This document shows positions 14,646 to 20,463 of a stretch of DNA of 20,463 bases, piece after piece. The stretch's first letter is position 1. Each line of letters starts with the position of its first letter. Below the pieces are notes generated by a model. It was not told the origin of the DNA. It saw only the letters and a list, made by a program, of their open reading frames with translations, and did no database searches. The position numbers and the translations under genes were made by a program. This stretch comes from a virus, in the IMG/VR virus record IMGVR_UViG_3300010232_000025, one strand, 5' to 3'.

Positions 14646-14963
14646 CTATGCGGGCGAGGCGTCCACAGTCCCGACCGCCTCCCGGAGGCTGTTGAGTTCG
14701 TCCGAGTTGTAGGGCCGGGCGTTCGTCCCGTCGCCCGGGTCGTAGTCGAACCCCGCCTCCTCCGCGACCGTTCGGTAGAACCACCGCTTTAGCGGGGCGT
14801 CGTCCCCGTAGACCCCCTCAACGGAGACGGACCGGTCGTCGTTCGGCGTTCCGAGGTAGCGGAGGGTAGCGTTCAAGTGGTCCTTTCTGAACGCCCCGGA
14901 GGGCGCGGAGAACCCGACCGCCGCCGCGACCTCCGCCCGTTTCTCGTTGTTCGTCTCCGCCAT
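14646..14963 (-). CDS. Hypothetical protein (105 aa)
   Basis: Start re-called at ATG 14963 (MAETNNEK...), 2 nt after the TFB-like stop. Confidence 0.75.
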   Translation of the reverse strand: MAETNNEKRAEVAAAVGFSAPSGAFRKDHLNATLRYLGTPNDDRSVSVEGVYGDDAPLKRWFYRTVAEEAGFDYDPGDGTNARPYNSDELNSLREAVGTVDASPA

Positions 14964-14965
14964 GC

Positions 14966-15859
14966 CTACCGGTCCGTGTTCTCGCGGATAGCCTTTACGC
15001 GACGGTTCACGGTTACTTTGTGGACGCCGATAGCCGCCGCCGCGTCGCCCTGTGAGAGGTCCATGCGGTTCTCGTCCGCGGCTATCCAGTAGACGCCCGC
15101 GGCTATCGGTTCCGCGGACTTTCCGCGGGTCCACGCCTGTCCCGCGACCTCGGAGGCGAGGTCCAGCGCGTCCGACTCGACGACGCCGGGGAACACTACC
15201 TCCGCGTGGATCTCCTCGACCGCCTCGCGGAGTTCGTCCTCCGCGTTCTCCGCGGTGAGTTTCCCGGAGTCGTCCGTGTCCGCGTCCCGGAGGGAGAGAA
15301 CCTGTTTGTAGGCTTTCCGGATAGAGGTCCGGGAGACGCCGAACGCCTCAAAGTCCGCCTGTGTGAGGGTGTCGCCCGTGAGTTGGGCGGACGCATAGAG
15401 GACGAGGGACGCCGCGACCGCGTGGGTCCGGTTCGTGAACAGTCCCGCCTCCGTCCCCTCGCGGAGGAGTTCGCGGGCTGTCTCAACCGACTCGTTCGAG
15501 GCGTTGAGTTCGCGTCCGAACCGCTGGACGAACGCCTCTATCATGTCGTAGACCTCCTCCTCGTCCGCGGGTAGCGGGTTGATATCCAGCGCCTCAACGA
15601 CGCGCCGAAACTCCCGGGAGACAGCCGTCTCGGAGACGCCCGCCGCCTCCGCGACCTCGCCCGCGGTCACGGGTTCGCGTTCGTCTCTCGCCGCCGCGTA
15701 GACGACCGCAGGGTAGGTCCTCGCGTCCGCCGGGATTTGGTAGTCCTCGTTTTCGAGGCGTTCGAGGATCATTTCCGCGTAGTTCCCGACCCGTTCAGGT
15801 AGCCCGACAGCCCGGGCTATCTCAACGGGATCCTTCCGTCGTTCCGAGAGTGTGGACAT
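14966..15859 (-). CDS. tfb: TFB/TFIIB-like protein with three cyclin-fold repeats and no Zn ribbon (297 aa)
   Basis: Three repeats: PAVVYAAAR..EPVTAGEVAEAAGVSETAVSREFRRV; AASLVLYASA..TLTQADFEAFGVSRTSIRKAYKQV; GKSAEPIAAGVYWIAA..LSQGDAAAAIGVHKVTVNRRVKAI. No CxxC at the N-terminus. Confidence 0.85.
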   Translation of the reverse strand: MSTLSERRKDPVEIARAVGLPERVGNYAEMILERLENEDYQIPADARTYPAVVYAAARDEREPVTAGEVAEAAGVSETAVSREFRRVVEALDINPLPADEEEVYDMIEAFVQRFGRELNASNESVETARELLREGTEAGLFTNRTHAVAASLVLYASAQLTGDTLTQADFEAFGVSRTSIRKAYKQVLSLRDADTDDSGKLTAENAEDELREAVEEIHAEVVFPGVVESDALDLASEVAGQAWTRGKSAEPIAAGVYWIAADENRMDLSQGDAAAAIGVHKVTVNRRVKAIRENTDR

Positions 15860-15979
15860 TTGTGTTCTGTTGGAAACTATGGGTTGGGGCGGGTTTAATA
15901 GTACCGGTCGAAACGCTACTTAGCCCTCCGATAACATTATGATGGATAGGTTCCTCTATCGGAGTGAGAGGTTTAGACC
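15860..15979. promoter_or_regulatory. Divergent promoter region
   Basis: Minus strand TATTAAA ahead of the TFB-like gene. Plus strand TTAGCCCTCCGATAACATTAT (15920-15940, promoter family) and a GATAG-N6-CTATC repeat (15945-15960). Confidence 0.65.
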
Positions 15980-16465
15980 ATGCCTACGCTGGACGACTAC
16001 GCCGACGGAGAAAAGCCCGAACCGGTCGGAATACCGGTCGTTCGGAAAGTGAACGCTGTCCATAACCCACACTTTACGAAAGAGAAAATCGGCTACACCT
16101 GTCGAATCCTGAACCGTGACTCCGACGAGGAGGAGGAGAAAGAGGGCGTCCGCGGCTACTACTCGTCGAGGAAAACGGACCCTAATTTGTTCCGAAAATT
16201 CGACTCCTACCCTATCACCCTGAAAGCCCTCGCCCGCGCCCAATACGAGGGCGTCGAGAGAGTCGTTATCCTCGAAAAGGACGTAGACAGCGGGGAGACG
16301 AACGTCTACGAGTTCATGTTAGAACAGTATCTCGACGCGCCTACGTTCGAGTGGGAACGGACGGAGGACGGGGAGACGTTCGTAGATACACAAGCCTGTG
16401 CCTCCCGGTCGGACGCCCTCCATGTGTTCGAGGGGGTGGATAAACCCGACTTACGTCCGGAATAG
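15980..16465 (+). CDS. Hypothetical protein (161 aa)
   Basis: Plus-strand ORF with halophile-type codon usage; promoter and GAGG upstream. Confidence 0.85.
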   Translation: MPTLDDYADGEKPEPVGIPVVRKVNAVHNPHFTKEKIGYTCRILNRDSDEEEEKEGVRGYYSSRKTDPNLFRKFDSYPITLKALARAQYEGVERVVILEKDVDSGETNVYEFMLEQYLDAPTFEWERTEDGETFVDTQACASRSDALHVFEGVDKPDLRPE

Positions 16466-16480
16466 CCACTAACTACGAGT

Positions 16481-16548
16481 AGTGTCGTCGGTAACTTTTT
16501 ATCCACCCGTCTCTACGTCCGAGACTGTCCGTAGGAGGACCCGAAAGC
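16481..16548 (+). promoter_or_regulatory. Promoter-family copy and short leader hairpin GTCC-GTAGGA-GGAC
   Basis: CGGTAACTTTTTAT at 16489-16502; predicted start near 16526; hairpin at 16527-16540 contains GGAGG 10 nt before the ATG. Confidence 0.65.
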
Positions 16549-17094
16549 ATGGAGGAGACAGCCGACTCTATACGAGACGAGGGACCGACAGCATACCATG
16601 AAACGGATTTTCACGATAGCCCCGGGGACCGCGTGTCCCGCCATGAGGACCGCCCGGACGAGGAGGCGTTCGAGGTTGCCGGGAGATCTCAACCCGACCC
16701 GCGAAACCATGAAACGGATTTTCATGATAGCCACGGGGGAGGGTCCCGCCGCCGTGAGACTGTCCAGATAGACGGGGACAAGTGGGCGGTAGATACCGTC
16801 GTTGAGGTCGAAACACTCCGACGACGCTATTCGAGACGGTTCCGGATCCTCATGGAGGCGATAGGTGAACCGACGAGGCGGGCTGTTATCGCGTGTCTCG
16901 TAGCCCGTCGAGGCGGAACGACCTACGACGACCTCGCGGAGTGGACGAGTAAGACGAAACGGACCGTAAAGAACCACGTCCACGCCCTCGACGACGAGGA
17001 CGTTCTACAGATTGAGAACGGACGCCCCGCCGCTATCTCGTTCAGGAACGACGACCTCCGCCTCCTCGCCTCGGACGTTCTCTCGTTCCTCTAA
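16549..17094 (+). CDS. ArsR-like winged-HTH regulator with a repeat-containing N-terminal extension (181 aa; true start uncertain)
   Basis: C-terminal EAIGEPTRRAVIACL...TTYDDLAEWTSKTKRTVKNHVHALDDEDVL. The N-terminus has HETDFHDS twice. Confidence 0.8.
   Translation: MEETADSIRDEGPTAYHETDFHDSPGDRVSRHEDRPDEEAFEVAGRSQPDPRNHETDFHDSHGGGSRRRETVQIDGDKWAVDTVVEVETLRRRYSRRFRILMEAIGEPTRRAVIACLVARRGGTTYDDLAEWTSKTKRTVKNHVHALDDEDVLQIENGRPAAISFRNDDLRLLASDVLSFL
16595..16732. repeat. Two 27-bp direct repeats, each an inverted repeat (CATGAAA-CGGAT-TTTCAYG)
   Basis: ACCATGAAACGGATTTTCA(C/T)GATAGCC at 16595-16621 and 16706-16732. Confidence 0.9.
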
Positions 17095-17163
17095 ACCGCG
17101 CCTGTTCTTTTTGAAAATACACTTTCACTCCGCGGTAGTTGTTCCCGTCCAGCCGACAGCATA

Positions 17164-17282
17164 GAGGGGGTCGCCCCGGGCGACCCCCTCGCCGGGGCGA
17201 CTCCGCGGCTATGGAGTCGCCCCGGGCGTCTCCTCCCTCCGGGAGATACGCCCTTTAGGGCGACTCGCGCCGCGTCGTCGCC
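17164..17282. repeat. Cluster of strong inverted repeats built on GGGCGAC/GTCGCCC
   Basis: 13-bp perfect IR at 17164-17190; 13-bp IR with 8-nt loop at 17192-17225; CGCCCT-TT-AGGGCG at 17249-17262. Lies between convergent transcription units, after an AT-rich T-tract near 17105-17125. Confidence 0.85.
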
Positions 17283-17400
17283 TACGGTGCTAACGGCATA
17301 CGGGTCCGGTTTTGCGTGAACACTCTTAATACTATCGACTCCTAACGGGTGGTAGCGTCCACTCTCCCGACGGGCTGGACGGGATCTCCTCCGACAAAGA

Positions 17401-17817
17401 CTACAAGAACAGCGGGTAGGTCGTCCACGACAAAACAGAGAAAACGACGTAAACGACGAGAAAATACCACGGTTCCCGTCCGACCGTCCGCGCCGCTATG
17501 TTCTCCGAGACTCGGGAGACGACCGCGAATACCGCGAATAGAACTCCGCCGCCCGGGACCTCCGGGACGGACTCCGGAGGGATCCGGCGGACCCCGAACG
17601 CTGTTACGACAAACACAGCGGTAAAGAACGCCGTCCAGCCCTCGAACCCCATACGGAGGGCTGGACCGACGAATAGTCCGAGGAGTCCGAGTTCCATAGC
17701 GTGAAACTCCCAATACGTGAGGTCGAGGAGAACCGCTTTGAGAAACCCGGGCGTCCACCTGGGAAGGTCCGCCTCGTCGAACACGTAGTCCGAAGCGGAG
17801 AGGCTGTCCCGAGACAT
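17401..17817 (-). CDS. Multi-pass membrane protein (138 aa)
   Basis: Several hydrophobic segments; LTYWEFHA and REPWYF motifs; last gene of the late unit. Confidence 0.85.
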   Translation of the reverse strand: MSRDSLSASDYVFDEADLPRWTPGFLKAVLLDLTYWEFHAMELGLLGLFVGPALRMGFEGWTAFFTAVFVVTAFGVRRIPPESVPEVPGGGVLFAVFAVVSRVSENIAARTVGREPWYFLVVYVVFSVLSWTTYPLFL

Positions 17818-18239
17818 TAGTCGTCCGTCCGCCCTCCGCCGCGAGGACCGCCGTTTCCGCCGTCCCGGAACAGCGGTCCGTCGTCGTCCAGCGCCTCCTC
17901 GTCCAGCCCATCCACGTTTCCCGCTATCATACGGAGATAGGCGGAGGTTTGTCGGTTATGCCGTTTCTGTGTTCGAGAGAGGTCCTGAACGTCCTCGCGG
18001 ACCTCTCCGACCTGTTCCTCAACGTGGGACAGCCGGTCGTCCGTCTCCTCCATTATTCCCTCTCGACCTACGAGGTCGTCGCCTCGCGGGTTCTTTCCGG
18101 TGAGGGATTGAACGACGGGGAACACTATCTCTCGAAACCATTTCTCATGTCGGTACAGCCACGTTCCGATAGCGCCCGCCGCGACGAGAGTGATAGTGAG
18201 GAGAACCTGAACCGGTCCGATAGTTAAACCCGCGGGCAT
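17817..18239 (-). CDS. N-terminally anchored membrane protein with coiled coil (140 aa)
   Basis: One TM helix (VQVLLTITLVAAGAIGTWLY) followed by heptads LSHVEEQVGEVREDVQDL; 1-nt overlap with the next gene. Confidence 0.85.
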   Translation of the reverse strand: MPAGLTIGPVQVLLTITLVAAGAIGTWLYRHEKWFREIVFPVVQSLTGKNPRGDDLVGREGIMEETDDRLSHVEEQVGEVREDVQDLSRTQKRHNRQTSAYLRMIAGNVDGLDEEALDDDGPLFRDGGNGGPRGGGRTDD

Positions 18240-18293
18240 GTGTTAGTAGTTGGGAGGTAGGTGAGGGCTAATAAGGTTCGTTACGGGAGACTC
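18240..18293 (-). promoter_or_regulatory. Possible internal promoter for the membrane-protein pair
   Basis: Minus strand CGAA-CCTTATTA (BRE/TATA-like) 29 nt before ATG 18239; does not match the early promoter family. Confidence 0.4.
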
Positions 18294-19097
18294 TTATACG
18301 CCGCCTAATCCATAGACTGGAGTTTTCGGGACGGGTTCGGACTTTATGATAGACAGGTCTGAGGCGTTATGAACGTAGATTTTGTCGTCGCTGGAGTCGA
18401 GAGAGTAGACCCGTTCGGAGTTTCCGCCCGCCCCGACGACCCGGGCGTATGGGACCTCTTGTCCGTTCAGCGTCGCGTTTACGGGGTCGCCGTTTTCATC
18501 CTCCTCGTCGGTCCAATAGCCAAAGTGAACCGTGTCCTTGAACCCGCCTATCCCGCCGGGCTGTGTGGGATATTCGTATGCCGTCTCCGATGTCACGCTA
18601 AACGTGTCGGGGTCGAGGGTCCAGCGCCTCCCGGAAAGATCCCCGTCCGTCATATTCTCTTTCGTCGAACTCGTGTCCGTTACCGCATAGAGGTTATTAG
18701 TGTCTCCTCCAACCTCGGACAGTCGTTCGTCGTCAGGAACAGGAACACTTCCGGAGTCAAGGAAAGTAAAGTCGTCGTAGTCGTATTTCAAGATCCGGTC
18801 GTTATCGTCGTCCCCAACCCATACGACATTACTATCTCCTCCTATTCCGTGGGCGTCGAACCCTACGGATTTGGTCCTGATTATAGACATATCAGAGTAG
18901 TTGAGTTCGTGAAACTCACCGCGAGAGGAATATAGGACGACCCGTCCCGGGCCGAGTCCTCGACCGGAGATAAATACGAACTCGGATCGGTCGCCGTCGC
19001 TAACAAGTTCGCGCTGTTCGTGGGTGAAGTTGTTCTCAACGACGTTCCCCACGTCCACGGGTTCTCCCTGTTCAAACACAAAGTCACTATCAACCAT
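18294..19097 (-). CDS. Beta-propeller-like repeat protein, probably virion-associated (267 aa)
   Basis: Recurring blade motif: GIGGDSNVVWV, EVGGDTNNLYA, GIGGFKDTVHF, GAGGNSERVYS and terminal GLGGV. Confidence 0.75.
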   Translation of the reverse strand: MVDSDFVFEQGEPVDVGNVVENNFTHEQRELVSDGDRSEFVFISGRGLGPGRVVLYSSRGEFHELNYSDMSIIRTKSVGFDAHGIGGDSNVVWVGDDDNDRILKYDYDDFTFLDSGSVPVPDDERLSEVGGDTNNLYAVTDTSSTKENMTDGDLSGRRWTLDPDTFSVTSETAYEYPTQPGGIGGFKDTVHFGYWTDEEDENGDPVNATLNGQEVPYARVVGAGGNSERVYSLDSSDDKIYVHNASDLSIIKSEPVPKTPVYGLGGV

Positions 19098-19098
19098 G

Positions 19099-20211
19099 CT
19101 ATCCCTTCAATTCGACCCGGTTCACGGTCGGGGTCGCCGCCGGAGAGGACGTATCTAAACGAATTTTTACTCGAAAGTCTGTGTGTGTGTCCGTCCACGA
19201 CAGCGCGTAGGAGGTCGAACCGTCGAGGGTTTGAGATACTGTCTCCTCCGAGGCGGTCCCGGGACTCCCGATAACGTCGAGTATGATAGTCTCGCCGTTC
19301 AGCGTGTAGTTGAGGTTCTGTAAATCGGGCTGTCCGGGGGCGGACAGGGACTTAGTAGCGGTCGTTAGGTGACTCTCCGACCCTATCACGTCATAGAGGG
19401 TTTGGATCTCCGAGGAGGACAAAACTCTCGAATAGAACCGTAACTCCTCTATCAACCCTTCAAATTCCTCCGACCCGTCCGGTCGAATGCCGACCCTCCG
19501 TGGGGAGTCTACGAGATTTGAGGCTAACGCACTATCCGAGTCGGTCCCATCTTGTGACCCGTCTATGTAGACTATACCGGTATCTCCGTCCCTGACGCCT
19601 ACGATTAAATGCCAATTGTTATCGTCTACGGTCCCGGAACTATCCGCCGCTATGGTGTTTAGGTTCGTGTCGCGGATTCGGACGCGAACGCCGCCTAATG
19701 TCCGGGTGCCCCCGAACTGGCCATCGTGGATTCGGAGTTTTACCTGTGGATAACTTCCGTCGTAAATGTCCGTTATCGCCCCGCCCGCGCCGGAGGCGAC
19801 TTTTACCCATGCCGCCATGGTAAAATCTCCGTCCGCTACGTCGTCGTTCGTAATTTCCGCGTAGTCGTCGGTCCCGTCGTAGTCGTATGCGGAGGTCCCC
19901 GCGACCGCGGACTGATTGATAGCGGGACCGTTCACGGACATGTCCTCCGTTCCGCCAAAGTCGTAGGCTGTGGCCCCGCTGTCCTCGTCGAACGGGTAAT
20001 AATGGAGGAGATTCGTGTTGAGAAAGGGCGCGTCCGCGGAGTAGCCGATTTTTACTATAGAGGCGTCGTCATGGTCCGTATTTGCTACGGACTCATGGAC
20101 GACGCCATTCTCGTCTACCGCGTTATCCCAGTCTGTAACGGTGTCCCACGTTATTGTAGTGGTCGCCGTGAACGTTGCGGTCCCGATATCACCGATAGAG
20201 GTCAGCGCCAT
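19099..20211 (-). CDS. LamG/concanavalin A-like domain protein, putative tail adhesin (370 aa)
   Basis: LLHYYPFDE..G.TAYD, YDGTDDY, FTMAAWVK, NWHLIVGVRDG..VYIDG, FEGLIEELRFYSRVLSSSEIQTLY. Confidence 0.9.
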   Translation of the reverse strand: MALTSIGDIGTATFTATTTITWDTVTDWDNAVDENGVVHESVANTDHDDASIVKIGYSADAPFLNTNLLHYYPFDEDSGATAYDFGGTEDMSVNGPAINQSAVAGTSAYDYDGTDDYAEITNDDVADGDFTMAAWVKVASGAGGAITDIYDGSYPQVKLRIHDGQFGGTRTLGGVRVRIRDTNLNTIAADSSGTVDDNNWHLIVGVRDGDTGIVYIDGSQDGTDSDSALASNLVDSPRRVGIRPDGSEEFEGLIEELRFYSRVLSSSEIQTLYDVIGSESHLTTATKSLSAPGQPDLQNLNYTLNGETIILDVIGSPGTASEETVSQTLDGSTSYALSWTDTHTDFRVKIRLDTSSPAATPTVNRVELKG

Positions 20212-20214
20212 TGC

Positions 20215-20463
20215 TTAGACTCTCTCGCCTGTGATTTTAGACATAATGTTCTGTGTGCTACCGGTCGAATTGTCCGCAAGGACTGCGACCGTTTGCCGCG
20301 AACCGGTCCCGTTCGTCCATGAGGCGAGAGGGTCCCCGATACTGTTTGAGGGGTCGCCGTCCCATATCGTAGACCCGTCGCCGGAATAAATCGTTAGCCG
20401 CTGTGTGAACGACCCGGTGTTATCCAGCGTAGCGATTATCAAGTTTAAATCCGTGGGCGCGGG
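20215..20463 (-). CDS. Partial (3' end) Thr/Ser/Gly-rich putative tail protein
   Basis: The frame stays open to the window edge (...PAPTDLNLIIATLDN...); beta-strand-rich composition; coupled to the LamG gene. Confidence 0.7.
   Translation of the reverse strand, partial: PAPTDLNLIIATLDNTGSFTQRLTIYSGDGSTIWDGDPSNSIGDPLASWTNGTGSRQTVAVLADNSTGSTQNIMSKITGERV

Larger units (their letters stand above)
1..20463. mobile_element. Segment of a haloarchaeal tailed virus (Caudoviricetes-like) genome or provirus
   Basis: Acidic proteome, high GC, compact co-oriented genes with overlapping or abutting stops and starts. Carries PCNA, Hjc, TFB-like, phage Dam-type MTase, a tRNA and LamG/tail-type genes alongside many small hypotheticals. 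No host housekeeping synteny; no integrase or att site seen. Confidence 0.85.

Noticed and set aside
9181-15134. Longer N-termini given in the ORF track for PCNA (10674), Hjc (12924), 8618-9253 and 14646-15134; likewise 4325-5419, 3745-4254 and 1799-2167 to the left
   Set aside because: The extensions are Arg-rich and overlap upstream genes or leaders, while internal ATGs sit at coupled stop/start junctions.
29-20322. Many Arg/Pro/Gly-rich ORFs in the track (e.g. 556-1110, 885-1508, 5598-6260, 7901-8554, 17342-17911, 18369-18935, 19726-20322)
   Set aside because: They overlap acidic, motif-bearing genes in other frames or on the opposite strand. They are typical shadow ORFs of high-GC DNA and lack halophile composition.
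18294-20463. Diversity-generating retroelement or invertible tail-fibre system
   Set aside because: No reverse transcriptase, template/variable repeat pair, invertase or flanking inverted repeats are visible in the window.

Overview
High-GC DNA encoding strongly acidic proteins, with dense, translationally coupled genes almost all on the minus strand. It reads as part of a haloarchaeal tailed-virus genome (or provirus); no integrase or att site is visible. From right to left: (1) the end of a virion module (partial tail protein, LamG-domain protein, beta-propeller protein, two membrane proteins); (2) an inverted-repeat cluster; (3) a two-gene plus-strand unit (hypothetical protein plus ArsR-like wHTH) divergent from a TFB-like gene with three cyclin repeats; (4) a Topo VI-A/Spo11-like (Mini-A type) gene, Hjc resolvase, PCNA with a long tail, a phage Dam-family methyltransferase and a PAPS-reductase-family gene; (5) a series of small early-type gene cassettes; (6) a candidate ~260-nt structured RNA and a tRNA-Leu(UAA). 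The most striking non-coding signals are a ~20-bp promoter motif repeated about 10 times at a fixed distance from starts, and a repeated, covarying structured 5' leader with an alternative anti-GGAGG pairing next to upstream stop codons. There is also systematic avoidance of CTCGAG, GTCGAC, AGCT and CTAG, achieved partly with TTA codons that the encoded tRNA would read. All protein assignments are from motif recognition by eye; no database searches were run.
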